A model generated the notes under the pieces. The model searched no databases. It was not told where the DNA came from and saw only the letters and a list, made by a program, of their open reading frames with translations. Positions 44,092 through 54,468 of a stretch of 64,000 nucleotides of DNA are shown here, one piece after another (position 1 is the first letter of the stretch; each line of letters begins with the position of its first letter). Origin of the DNA: Flavobacterium sp. (GTDB lineage Bacteria; Bacteroidota; Bacteroidia; Flavobacteriales; Flavobacteriaceae). The position numbers and the translations under genes were made by a program. The stretch covers positions 13,800 to 77,799 of the forward strand of contig NZ_JANXUG010000101.1 of the NCBI RefSeq assembly GCF_025352015.1, written 5' to 3'.

Positions 44092-45027
44092 ATGAATAAA
44101 ATTAGTCAACTCTTTAACATTCAATATCCAATTATTCAAGGCGGAATGATATGGAATAGTGGCTATAAATTAGCCAGCGCAGTGAGTAATGCCGGAGGTT
44201 TAGGTTTGATTGGTGCTGGTTCTATGTATCCTGATGTTTTACGGGAACACATTCATAAATGTAAAAAAGCTACAGACAAGACATTTGGGGTTAATGTACC
44301 AATGTTGTATCCCAATGTTGAGGAAATTATCCAAATTATTATTGAAGAAAATGTAAAAATTGTATTCACGTCGGCAGGAAATCCTAAAACATGGACAAGT
44401 TATTTAAAAGAGAAAGGAATTACGGTTGTGCACGTTGTAAGCAGTTCTAAATTTGCCTTAAAAGCAGAAGAGGCAGGAGTTGATGCAATAGTTGCCGAGG
44501 GTTTTGAAGCAGGAGGACACAATGGCAGAGAAGAGACAACTACATTTACCTTGATTCCTATGGTCAAAGAACAAATTAATATTCCTTTAATTGCAGCGGG
44601 CGGAATCGCAACGGGTCGAGGCATGTTGGCAGCCATGGTTCTTGGTGCCGATGGTGTTCAGATGGGTTCACGATTTGCAGCTTCTCATGAAAGTTCGTCA
44701 CATGAAAATTTCAAAAATACTATTCTTAATGTAAAAGAAGGAGATACCCAATTGACTTTAAAAGAACTTGCACCTGTACGATTGATAAAAAACAAATTTT
44801 ATAATGACATTCAAGAGTTGTACTCAAAATGCCCAACTTCGGATGAATTGAAAACACTTTTAGGAAGAGCAAGAGCTAAAAAAGGAATGTTTGAAGGCGA
44901 TTTAATTGAAGGTGAATTAGAAATAGGTCAAATTGCAGGATTGATTCATGAAATTAAATCGGTAAAAGAAATTATTGATGAGATTATTCGTGAATTTGAA
45001 TCATTAGCAAAAAGTATTTATTTATAA
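44092..45027 (+). CDS. Nitronate monooxygenase / FabK-like flavin oxidoreductase
   Basis: PIIQGGM, EGFEAGGHNG, IAAGGIA, GVQMGSRF and GQIAGLI. Confidence 0.88.
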   Translation: MNKISQLFNIQYPIIQGGMIWNSGYKLASAVSNAGGLGLIGAGSMYPDVLREHIHKCKKATDKTFGVNVPMLYPNVEEIIQIIIEENVKIVFTSAGNPKTWTSYLKEKGITVVHVVSSSKFALKAEEAGVDAIVAEGFEAGGHNGREETTTFTLIPMVKEQINIPLIAAGGIATGRGMLAAMVLGADGVQMGSRFAASHESSSHENFKNTILNVKEGDTQLTLKELAPVRLIKNKFYNDIQELYSKCPTSDELKTLLGRARAKKGMFEGDLIEGELEIGQIAGLIHEIKSVKEIIDEIIREFESLAKSIYL

Positions 45028-45404
45028 CTTTTTAAATTCATTCAAATTTAACATCAGGTTGTTAATAGGTTTATTAGTGTAAACTTATTAACATTTTTTT
45101 ATTTTTAAATCGATATTAAAATTGTTAGTAACTCCTTTCGTATTCCATAAGCTATTATAAGTTATTTTATTCCAGTAAATTAAGTAAATTTTATTAAAGA
45201 AAACCTGCTTCTTTAATGTTTATTATTTTGTTTATAAGATTTTAATAAGTCAAATTCTCTAATTATTATTATCTGTAATATAGTAGAAGCATTTTTAGCT
45301 TCGGAGTATACTGTTTTAATATCAGATTAAATTAATTTTATTCACTAATGGTAGTTTAGACAGCATTTTTATGGAGTAAAAAATTGTTTTAATTTGAATT
45401 GCTT

Positions 45405-48400
45405 ATGAGAATTACTACTCTTGTTGAAAAATATTTTATTTATTTCGTTTTATTATTATCACTTTTTGGATATAATAATGTTTATTCTCAATGCCCTACA
45501 GTTGCAAATGCTGCCCAATCATTTTGTGATACTCAATCGCCTACAATTGCCAGTCTTGTTGCTACTAACAATGGAGGAGGAATTAAATGGTATGCTACGT
45601 CAAATTCGACTACTGCTTTATCGAGCGCAACAAGTTTAATAAATGGGAATATTTATTATGCAGATGATAACACTGGAACTTGTGGAACGAGGCAAAGTGT
45701 CACAATTACAATTTATTCTACACCAACTGGAGCAAATTTTCAAGGGGTCTGTGTAACTAGTATAAGTCAGGCAACGCCTTCAAACCCCCAATTTGTGATA
45801 TCTGGAATTAATTTAAAATGGTATACCACCCCCTCTGGTGGAACTGCACTTTCTAATTCAGCTGTTTTGTCAGACAATACAATTTATTACATCAGTCAAA
45901 CTAATCCTAATACAGGGTGTGAATCTTCAAGATTACAATTATTCGTAAATGTTGGATTAGTTCCTGTTCCAACAGGAAGTGCCGTACAAGAATTTTGTAA
46001 CACAGGAGCTTTACCTACAGTTGCAGATTTAGTAGCTTCTGGAAATAATAATTGGTATTTAACTTCAACTTTTGGCATCCCTTTAGATTTATCAACTCCT
46101 TTAGTTAACGGTCAATTTTATTATGCGACAACTGTTGATCCTCCTTGTGAGAGTAGTAATAGGTTACAAGTGCTGGTAAATATTTATGAGCCAAATAATG
46201 CTGGGACTGATGGCTCAAGAGGAATTTGTAGTACTCAAATCTCCACGACATCTCCATTTAATTTGTTTAGTTTATTAGGAGGAACACCTGATAGTACTGG
46301 GGTTTGGACGGGTCCTTTACCAACGTCAAATGGTTCACAAGGAACGGTAATTCCAGCGACTATGACTTTAGCAGGAAGTCCTTATGTATTTACGTATACC
46401 GTAACTTCCGCATTGTGCGCACCAGATACTTCGACGGTTACTATTACTATTAACCCGATACCCACGGTAACAGTCACCAGTACACCAGCATGTGCAGGCA
46501 CACCATCCACAGTAACGGCAACACCAAGTCCAGCCGGAACCTATAGTTATGCATGGACGGTTCCATCAGGAGCGACCAATCCGGGCAACGTGGCTACCTT
46601 TAGCACGACAACAGCAGGAGTTTACAGCGTTATTGCTACCAATAGCACCACAACTTGTCCAAGCCAGCCAGGGCAAACCACAGTTGTAATTAATCCAGTT
46701 CCAGATGCGGGAACTAGTGGAATTAAAACTTTTTGTTCTAATGACAATCCACAAGATTTATTTCTTTCTTTAGGGGGAACGCCACAATCTGGTGGGACAT
46801 GGTCACCGATACTTGTCAGTGGAACAGGCGTATTTAATCCAGCAGTTGATGTAGCGGGAACCTACACTTACACGGTAGGAGGAACTTGTGTTACACCGTC
46901 AACGGCAACAGTAACAGTTTCTATAATTACAGCGCCTAATAGCGGCGGGACGGGCCAGACTTTAAATACCTGTACTAATATATTTTCCTTTGATTTGTTC
47001 ACAGGATTAAATGGAACCCAAGGAACGGGAACTTGGAATGACAATGATGCAACAAACGCTTTGAGCAATAATATTTTCAATCCATCAATAGTTGGTGTTG
47101 GAACTTACCATTTTACTTATACAGTTATTGGATCATCTCCATGTGCAAATGCAACATCAACAGTTACCGTAATTGTTAATCCATTACCAAATTCAGGTAC
47201 GGTTGTTGCACCACCATCATTATGTACTTCAGTTGGAACTGTAGATTTAAATACTTTATTAACAGGTCAGGATGTAGGAGGGACTTGGTCTACACCATCA
47301 CCCGTTACTATTAGTAATTTTGTAGCTGGAACATACGCCTATACTTATTCGGTTACAAATTTTTGTGGAACTCGTACCACAGATGTTCAGTTCATAGTTC
47401 TGTCAAATCCAGTTTTAATCTCCAATAATATTGCTAATACAGCAGTTTGTGTCGGCACAGCTGCAGTTGTTAATTTATCTGAAATGGTAGATGGAACTTA
47501 TGCATTAAATTATAGTTTAAGTGGAAATAACACATTGGCAAATCAAATTGTGACTATCGTAATTTCAGGTGGAACAGGAAGTTTTGTAATTCCTGCTGCT
47601 AGTCTTCCAAATATTGGTAACACAACTATTACATTTAATACTATTCAAGATGCCGTTTCAACTTGTCAAGTAACATTGACAGGTATTTTTGCAACGATAA
47701 CGGTTAATCCGTTGGTGCAAATTGGTACTACTAATATAGCTGTTTCCTCTATCTGCATTGGATTAAATGCAGTAGTAGAAATTTCAAATGCTGTTAATCT
47801 GCCCGATGGTGTTTATCAATTTGATTACACTATTCCTAATGGAACACCACCACTTGGAAACTCTGGTGACGTTACTATAGCAGGAGGTGTAGGACAATTT
47901 ACTGTTCCAGCATCTGTATTTGGAACCACTGGCAACTATACCATTACGATTAACGGAATTACGATTACTTCGGGTTGTTCCAACGCTAGTCAAGACGCCA
48001 ATATTACTTTTGGAGTTGTTGCACCATTGTCCGCAGGTACGGCTGTAGTGCCACCCTCCTTATGTAATTCGGTTGGTATTTTAGATTTGAATACCTTATT
48101 GACGGGACAAAGTAGCGGAGGTATATGGACAGATAGTGCATCGGTGGTCGTAACTTCTCAAATAAATATAATAAATTTTACTCCAGGCACTTACAGCTAT
48201 TCTTATACGGTTTTTAATGCTTGTGGTGTTGTTACGCAAGTTGTTCAATTTATTATTTTGGCTAAACCACAATTAGCCGGTTTCAATATATCCGTTTCGC
48301 AAACGTGTATTGGAACTAATTCAATTGTGAATTTCAGTACAATGGCAGATGGTGTCTATACTTTGAATTATGATTTATCGGGAAGTAATACATTAGCGAA

Positions 48401-49739
48401 TCAATCAGTGGTTTTAACCATTGTTTCTGGTATTGGAAGTTTTACAATTCCAACGACTTCTCTGCCCAATGCGGGAACTACCATTATAACATTTACCGGT
48501 ATTGTTAATAACGCCACAACGTGTACCAATACATTAACCAATGTTACAGCACAACTCATCATCAATCCTTTGGTGAATATTGATAATGCTAATTTGAGTA
48601 TTGCAAACGTTTGTTTTGGGAACAATATAGTTGTAAATATTGCTGGTGCAATAAATCTCCCTGACGGAATATATCAATTTAATTATACTATTCCAACAGC
48701 AACTCCTTCTACAAATACTACAGGAAATGTAACGGTAACTGCAGGCGTTGGTCAGTTTACAATCCCTGCATCGTTCTTTACAACTTCTTCAAATTACACA
48801 TTAACTATTACTGGAATTACTACAACAACTAACTGTTCTAATGCCAACGTAACTGCCATTGCAAACTTTACTATTAATCCAATTCCAGTTACTATGGGGG
48901 CTACAATTTCGGCTCAAGCTACTTGTATAAATAACGGAAGTTTGGTTACCATTTCAGGGGCTAGTAGTTTACCCAATGGAACGTATTTATTAACCTATCA
49001 ATTGACAGGAGTTAACACTTCAACGGCTACAGTTTCGGTAACATTTGTGAGTGGGTCGACAAGTTTTAACATTCCTGGAACTGTTATAGTAAATGATGGA
49101 AGTAGCTCCATAAGTTTTAATCAGTTGAATTCTTCAACAACGTGTGGTATTACAGGAACTGTCTTTCCTTCAATAACTTTAAATGTTGCTTCATTACCAA
49201 CACCTGTATTAACTGCAAACGGAAATCTTTTTTGCGGAACACTTACTCCGGCTCCAACAGTTGCCAATTTGTCGGCCAATATTGTTGGAACTCCAACCAT
49301 AATTTGGTATAATGCAAATACAGGAGGAACGGCTTACAACAGCACAGATGTTTTAGTAAATGGAACTATTTATTATGGAACGTTTACCTCTGCTAGTGGT
49401 TGCGAAAGCGTAATACGACTTGCCGTTAAGGTGGATTTGACGGTTTGTGATATTGTAATTCCTGATGGTTTTTCGCCTAACAATGATGGCATCAACGACA
49501 CGTTTGAAATTCCAAATCTTGCTATCTTATATCCAAATTTCAATCTAGAAATATATAATCGGTATGGAAGTTTGATTTATACAGGAAATAGTAGCACAGA
49601 TAATTGGGGAGGAACAACTACCGAAAAAAGTTTAAATTTAGGAAATAATTTGCTGCCAACAGGTGTTTATTTCTATATTCTAAATTTTAACGATGGGATA
49701 AAAAAACCAATTCAAGGTAGAGTATATCTAAACAGATAA
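45405..49739 (+). CDS. Large Ig-like repeat surface protein/adhesin with a type-B T9SS (gliding-motility-associated) CTD
   Basis: Repeated FCx...PTxAxL...WY...GG modules, Thr/Ser/Val-rich beta repeats, C-terminal PDGFSPNNDGINDTF...IYNRYG...GVYFY...GRVYLNR. Confidence 0.9.
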   Translation: MRITTLVEKYFIYFVLLLSLFGYNNVYSQCPTVANAAQSFCDTQSPTIASLVATNNGGGIKWYATSNSTTALSSATSLINGNIYYADDNTGTCGTRQSVTITIYSTPTGANFQGVCVTSISQATPSNPQFVISGINLKWYTTPSGGTALSNSAVLSDNTIYYISQTNPNTGCESSRLQLFVNVGLVPVPTGSAVQEFCNTGALPTVADLVASGNNNWYLTSTFGIPLDLSTPLVNGQFYYATTVDPPCESSNRLQVLVNIYEPNNAGTDGSRGICSTQISTTSPFNLFSLLGGTPDSTGVWTGPLPTSNGSQGTVIPATMTLAGSPYVFTYTVTSALCAPDTSTVTITINPIPTVTVTSTPACAGTPSTVTATPSPAGTYSYAWTVPSGATNPGNVATFSTTTAGVYSVIATNSTTTCPSQPGQTTVVINPVPDAGTSGIKTFCSNDNPQDLFLSLGGTPQSGGTWSPILVSGTGVFNPAVDVAGTYTYTVGGTCVTPSTATVTVSIITAPNSGGTGQTLNTCTNIFSFDLFTGLNGTQGTGTWNDNDATNALSNNIFNPSIVGVGTYHFTYTVIGSSPCANATSTVTVIVNPLPNSGTVVAPPSLCTSVGTVDLNTLLTGQDVGGTWSTPSPVTISNFVAGTYAYTYSVTNFCGTRTTDVQFIVLSNPVLISNNIANTAVCVGTAAVVNLSEMVDGTYALNYSLSGNNTLANQIVTIVISGGTGSFVIPAASLPNIGNTTITFNTIQDAVSTCQVTLTGIFATITVNPLVQIGTTNIAVSSICIGLNAVVEISNAVNLPDGVYQFDYTIPNGTPPLGNSGDVTIAGGVGQFTVPASVFGTTGNYTITINGITITSGCSNASQDANITFGVVAPLSAGTAVVPPSLCNSVGILDLNTLLTGQSSGGIWTDSASVVVTSQINIINFTPGTYSYSYTVFNACGVVTQVVQFIILAKPQLAGFNISVSQTCIGTNSIVNFSTMADGVYTLNYDLSGSNTLANQSVVLTIVSGIGSFTIPTTSLPNAGTTIITFTGIVNNATTCTNTLTNVTAQLIINPLVNIDNANLSIANVCFGNNIVVNIAGAINLPDGIYQFNYTIPTATPSTNTTGNVTVTAGVGQFTIPASFFTTSSNYTLTITGITTTTNCSNANVTAIANFTINPIPVTMGATISAQATCINNGSLVTISGASSLPNGTYLLTYQLTGVNTSTATVSVTFVSGSTSFNIPGTVIVNDGSSSISFNQLNSSTTCGITGTVFPSITLNVASLPTPVLTANGNLFCGTLTPAPTVANLSANIVGTPTIIWYNANTGGTAYNSTDVLVNGTIYYGTFTSASGCESVIRLAVKVDLTVCDIVIPDGFSPNNDGINDTFEIPNLAILYPNFNLEIYNRYGSLIYTGNSSTDNWGGTTTEKSLNLGNNLLPTGVYFYILNFNDGIKKPIQGRVYLNR

Positions 49740-49745
49740 GTAGCA

Positions 49746-50717
49746 ATGAGTACAACTATGAAACATAAAATTATTAAATATCTTTTATTACTACTTCTTG
49801 TTTTTTTGACTTCAAAGTTACAGGCACAACAAGATCCACAGTTTACGCATTACATGTATAACATGAGTGTAATCAATCCTGCGTATGCAACAGATAATGA
49901 GGATGTTATCAATATAGGCGGATTGTATCGTGCACAATGGGTTGGAATAAAAGGCGCACCAACAACACAATCTTTTTTTGTACACAAACCCATGTCAAAA
50001 AGAGTTGAAGTGGGTATTTCTGTGGTACATGATGAAATTGGTAATGTGGTAAAAGAAAATAATATCTACGCTGATTTTGCGTATGTTTTACCGTTAAACG
50101 AAACCACAAAATTATCATTGGGTTTAAAAGCCGGAGTGACGCTCTTTGATACTAATTTTAATGGATTTCAATATACAGATCCGTTGCCAGATCCCGCATT
50201 TCAGAATAACATTAGTCGCACGTTTCCTAATATTGGTGTAGGAACCTATTTGTTTGGATCTAATTATTATGTAGGTTTTTCGACCCCAAATTTGATGACC
50301 TCACGGCACATAGAAACCATAAACGGTCATGCTGGAAGCGGTGTAGAAGCAGTACATTTTTTCTTAACAGGCGGTTATGTATTTACCTTTAACGGAAACG
50401 ACAATTTTAAACTAAAACCAGCTTTTATGGCAAAAGGTGTTCAAGGTGCACCAGTAGCTTTGGATTTAACAACGAACGTCCTGATTAATAACAAATTTGA
50501 AGCCGGAGTTGGATACAGATTAGGAGATTCTGTCAGCGGATTAGTCAGTTTTTATGTTACGCCAACTTTACGCGTAGGTTATTCATACGATTACACAGTA
50601 TCCAATTTAAGAAATTTCAATTCTGGTTCTCACGAAGTATTTTTACTATTTGATTTAGATCTCAATAAACTATCGTCTTCAGGCAAAGGATATGATAAAT
50701 CACCACGATTCTTTTAA
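49746..50717 (+). CDS. PorP/SprF-family T9SS membrane protein
   Basis: QQDPQFTHYMYN..INPAYA, YRAQWVG..GAP and GSHEVFL. Immediately follows a type-B CTD protein. Confidence 0.93.
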   Translation: MSTTMKHKIIKYLLLLLLVFLTSKLQAQQDPQFTHYMYNMSVINPAYATDNEDVINIGGLYRAQWVGIKGAPTTQSFFVHKPMSKRVEVGISVVHDEIGNVVKENNIYADFAYVLPLNETTKLSLGLKAGVTLFDTNFNGFQYTDPLPDPAFQNNISRTFPNIGVGTYLFGSNYYVGFSTPNLMTSRHIETINGHAGSGVEAVHFFLTGGYVFTFNGNDNFKLKPAFMAKGVQGAPVALDLTTNVLINNKFEAGVGYRLGDSVSGLVSFYVTPTLRVGYSYDYTVSNLRNFNSGSHEVFLLFDLDLNKLSSSGKGYDKSPRFF

Positions 50718-52610
50718 ATGAAAATTATGAAAAAATTATACTACATACTTTTTGTTTTTTGCAGTATCACCACTCTTTTTCCCCAAAAAAAAGTTAGTGT
50801 AAAAAAAGCCAATGCGCTGTTTTCTAGTAAATCTTACGTAAAAGCTGCAGAAGCTTACGAACAATTGCCACAGTCAAAACAAGTGCTGCAAAACCTTGGC
50901 GATTGTTATTACAATAATTTTCAAATGACCAATGCCGTTCGTGCTTACGGACAGTTATTTTTTAGCTACAAAGACAGTGTCAATAAAGAAGTTTATTTTA
51001 GGTACGCCAATGCTTTAAAGGGCATCAATAATTTTGATAAAGGCGATGCAGTCATGTCAGAATATTTAGGTTATGAACAAAACACACCTAAATTTATGAA
51101 AAACATAACTAGAAATACACCCAATAGTTTCAAGCTACAAATGATGTCCAAGAACAAAACTAATGGCGATTTTGGTATTTCGTTTTACGGAGATAAAGTA
51201 GTCTTTGCATCCAATAGAAATGCCGCAGAAAAAGCTTATGGTTGGAATGACAGACCTTATCTGGATTTGTTTTCAGCATCGGTAGATGACAAAGGACAAT
51301 TGGTAAAAGTAGAACCTTTTTCAGAAGTGATTAATACCAAGAAACACGAAAGTAATGCCACGTTTAGTGCCGATGGAAAAACTATGTATTTCAACAGAAG
51401 TGGCGAAAAACAGGTTAAAATTGGTAACGAAAAAGTGGCGATGATAAAAATTTACAAAGCCGAATTTGTCAATGGAAAATGGGATAAGGTAACCTTGTTG
51501 CCATTCTCAAGCGATACCTATTCGGTCGAGCATCCCTTTTTGACCAAAGATGGAAAAAAACTATATTTTGCCAGTGATATGCCCGGTTCTTTTGGGGGCT
51601 CTATGGATATTTATGTGGTCGATGTCAACGATGATGGTACTTATAGTAAGCCAATGAATTTAGGAGAAAAAATTAACACTATACATCGAGAGCAATTTCC
51701 GTTTTTAACAACAGATGGTACCCTCTATTTTGCTTCTGATGGACATCAAGGTAATGGAAACCTTGATATTTTTATGAGTCAAAAATTAAGCGACAATGAA
51801 TATGATAAACCGCTTAATCTTGGTGCAACCATCAACAGCGAAATGGATGATTTTAATTTCATTCTCGACGAAAAAACTAACAAAGGTTATTTTGCCTCCA
51901 ATAGAACTGGAGATGATAATTTGTATACGTTTATTCAGGAAGACAACAAATTGCAATATTTGGTTGAAGGAGAAGTTCGTGATGTGAAAACAACCGAACT
52001 TTTGCCTGGCGCACGAGTCAAATTATTCGATGACAAAGGTACTTTGCTAGAAGAAATTTTAGTGGGTAAAGATGGGACTTTCGATTTTAATACAGAGCCC
52101 AACAAGAAATACAAAATTATGGCTTTCAAAGATTTCTATATTCCTGCCGAAGCCGAATTTGATACCAGTCAAAAAGGTAAAGTTTATATCGATTTGCAAA
52201 TGAAAGTTCAATCTTATTACGATGCCGAAGATATCATCAACAAACAAGCGGACGGAACCATACTGATTGAATTAGAAAACATTTATTTTGATTTAGATAA
52301 ATGGAATATAAAACCACAAGCTGCCGAAGTTTTGAATGTGCTCTTGGGCATTCTTAAAAAATATCCATACATGGAAATCGAAATAGGTGCGCATACCGAT
52401 TCCCGTGCATCTGATATGTATAATTTAAGGTTGTCCAATAAAAGAGCTGCATCTGCTTTAGAATATTTGGTTCAAAACGGTATTGATAGAAAAAGATTGC
52501 GCTCTGTTGGGTATGGTGAAACAAAACCTTTGATTATATGCCCAAAAAACGATTGTACACCAGCAGAACATGCTACTAATCGTAGATGTACCTTTATGAT
52601 TTTGAAATAA
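50718..52610 (+). CDS. PorE-like protein: TPR + PD40 beta-propeller + carboxypeptidase-regulatory-like + OmpA_C peptidoglycan-binding domains
   Basis: PD40 repeats (FSADGKTMYF, LYFASDMPG, LYFASDGH), IYFDLDKW, AHTDSR, YNLRLSNKRA and NRRCTF. Confidence 0.9.
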   Translation: MKIMKKLYYILFVFCSITTLFPQKKVSVKKANALFSSKSYVKAAEAYEQLPQSKQVLQNLGDCYYNNFQMTNAVRAYGQLFFSYKDSVNKEVYFRYANALKGINNFDKGDAVMSEYLGYEQNTPKFMKNITRNTPNSFKLQMMSKNKTNGDFGISFYGDKVVFASNRNAAEKAYGWNDRPYLDLFSASVDDKGQLVKVEPFSEVINTKKHESNATFSADGKTMYFNRSGEKQVKIGNEKVAMIKIYKAEFVNGKWDKVTLLPFSSDTYSVEHPFLTKDGKKLYFASDMPGSFGGSMDIYVVDVNDDGTYSKPMNLGEKINTIHREQFPFLTTDGTLYFASDGHQGNGNLDIFMSQKLSDNEYDKPLNLGATINSEMDDFNFILDEKTNKGYFASNRTGDDNLYTFIQEDNKLQYLVEGEVRDVKTTELLPGARVKLFDDKGTLLEEILVGKDGTFDFNTEPNKKYKIMAFKDFYIPAEAEFDTSQKGKVYIDLQMKVQSYYDAEDIINKQADGTILIELENIYFDLDKWNIKPQAAEVLNVLLGILKKYPYMEIEIGAHTDSRASDMYNLRLSNKRAASALEYLVQNGIDRKRLRSVGYGETKPLIICPKNDCTPAEHATNRRCTFMILK

Positions 52611-52647
52611 TTTTTTTGTTTTTTGTTAATTATTTTTTGTTGCTACT

Positions 52648-52681
52648 AAAATGCACACCGTGATGGAGTGCATTTTTTTTT
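52648..52681 (+). terminator. Intrinsic terminator after the adhesin-PorP-OmpA operon
   Basis: Stem aaaatgcac/gtgcatttt extended by cc/gg, followed by a long T tract. Confidence 0.8.
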
Positions 52682-52702
52682 AACACATTAGGTTTGAATA
52701 TG

Positions 52703-52710
52703 TACTTTTG
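52703..52710 (+). promoter_or_regulatory. -7 box (TACTTTTG) for pafA
   Basis: TAnnTTTG match 19 nt before the ATG. Confidence 0.55.
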
Positions 52711-52729
52711 TGGCTAACAATAATAACTC

Positions 52730-54343
52730 ATGAAAAAGCTTCTTTCTTATATATTCCTATTGGTTATTTCAAATCTGTCCGCTCAACAACGCCCAAAACT
52801 CGTCGTTGGAATAGTCGTAGACCAAATGAAAATGGAATATTTATACCGCTATCAGAGCGATTTTTCAGATAATGGTTTTAAGCGATTAATGAATGACGGA
52901 TACACTTTTCAAAACATGCAGTACAACTATATGCCAACATATACTGCACCAGGACATGCTTCTATTTATACGGGAACAACGCCAGCCACTCATGGTATAG
53001 TTGGCAACGAATGGTTTAGCAGAAAACTTGGGAAAGAGGTTTATTGTACAGATGATTTTGCAACACAAACACTCGGCGATGGCGACAAAGAAGAAGGACA
53101 AATGTCGCCCAAAAATTTACAAACAACAACCATTACTGACGAATTGAGATTGGCAACAAATTTTAAGGGAAAAGTTATAGGAATGAGTTTAAAAGATCGT
53201 GGTGCTATTCTTCCTGCTGGACATTTTGCCAATTGGGCATTTTGGTATAGTAAAACAGGCGCTTTTATTTCGAGCACTTTTTACGGAACCGTATTGCCTA
53301 GCTGGGTTACGCAATTCAATAACGAAAAGCACTTTTTGACTTATATTAATAAAGGTTGGGATTTATTAAAACCAGTATCAACCTACAACGAAAGTTTACC
53401 CGATGATTCTATATATGAAGGCAAATTAAACGGTGTTAAGCCTCTTTTTCCTTATGATTTAAAAAGTATGTTTTCGGTAAAAAATGATGCCGGAATTCTC
53501 CGTTACACACCTTATGGAAACGACTTGTTGGAAGAGTTTGCCAAAAAAACAATCGAATATGAACAGTTAGGCAAAGATGACATCACCGATTTTCTGACTA
53601 TTAGTTTTTCTTCTACTGATTATATTGGACATATTCTAGGACCACGATCAATGGAATTACAAGATACTTATTTAAGATTAGATGAAACCATTGCTGACTT
53701 TTTAATCTATTTGGATAAAAATGTGGGCAAAGGAAATTATCTTATGTTTCTTACTGCCGATCATGCAGGAGCCGAAAATGCGAAATTCCTAAACGATAAC
53801 AAATACAATGTCATCAATGTAGAATCGAAAGAAATAATTAAAGGACTGAAGAAATTTTCTACGGATATGTTTGGCGATGATTTGGTGCTGAATTATTCTA
53901 ATTTCAATTTGTTTTTTAATAGAGAAAAACTAAAAACCAAAAGCTTGGATTTGAACAAAGTGAAGCAAGCTTTTAAAGACTATTTGATAACCCAAGATCA
54001 GGTAAAAAGAGTCTATTCCGAAGAAGAAATTTTAGCGAATGGTGGCAATGATTACTATTTGAATTGCATCGCGAAAGGATATGATGCCACACAGAATGGA
54101 GATTTAATAGTTTTAGACAAACCAGGTTACATTGAATACGGTGCAACCGGAACTTCCCACGGCACACCTTATAGTTATGATACCCATGTGCCCTGTATTT
54201 TCTATGGCTGGAACATCAAAAAAGGCGAATGCTACGTGAAAAAGGCAATCACTCAAATAACGCCAACCCTAGCACAAAAAATAAAAGTTGCATTTCCCAA
54301 CGGAACAGAATCAGAGGTTTTAACAGAGATTTTAGATAAATAA
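52730..54343 (+). CDS. pafA: PafA-type alkaline phosphatase (phosphate-insensitive, Thr nucleophile)
   Basis: PKLVVGIVVDQM, PTYTAPGHASIYTG, SLKDRGAILPAGH, TDYIGH, LTADH and THGTPYSYDTHVP. Confidence 0.9.
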   Translation: MKKLLSYIFLLVISNLSAQQRPKLVVGIVVDQMKMEYLYRYQSDFSDNGFKRLMNDGYTFQNMQYNYMPTYTAPGHASIYTGTTPATHGIVGNEWFSRKLGKEVYCTDDFATQTLGDGDKEEGQMSPKNLQTTTITDELRLATNFKGKVIGMSLKDRGAILPAGHFANWAFWYSKTGAFISSTFYGTVLPSWVTQFNNEKHFLTYINKGWDLLKPVSTYNESLPDDSIYEGKLNGVKPLFPYDLKSMFSVKNDAGILRYTPYGNDLLEEFAKKTIEYEQLGKDDITDFLTISFSSTDYIGHILGPRSMELQDTYLRLDETIADFLIYLDKNVGKGNYLMFLTADHAGAENAKFLNDNKYNVINVESKEIIKGLKKFSTDMFGDDLVLNYSNFNLFFNREKLKTKSLDLNKVKQAFKDYLITQDQVKRVYSEEEILANGGNDYYLNCIAKGYDATQNGDLIVLDKPGYIEYGATGTSHGTPYSYDTHVPCIFYGWNIKKGECYVKKAITQITPTLAQKIKVAFPNGTESEVLTEILDK

Positions 54344-54468
54344 TTCATTATTTTTTAATTTGCTAAAGTGTAGAAATAAAGCTTAATACAAAAAACACAA
54401 ATAAAACTTCAAAACGATGTCAACTGTTAGCCTGCATGAAACATTCTGTCATTTTAATCAGTAAGTGA

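Noticed and set aside
45193-45217. 9-bp inverted repeat attaaagaa/ttctttaat in the spacer before the adhesin
   Set aside because: It is almost all A/T in very AT-rich DNA and has no U tract or clear promoter relation, so it cannot be distinguished from chance.
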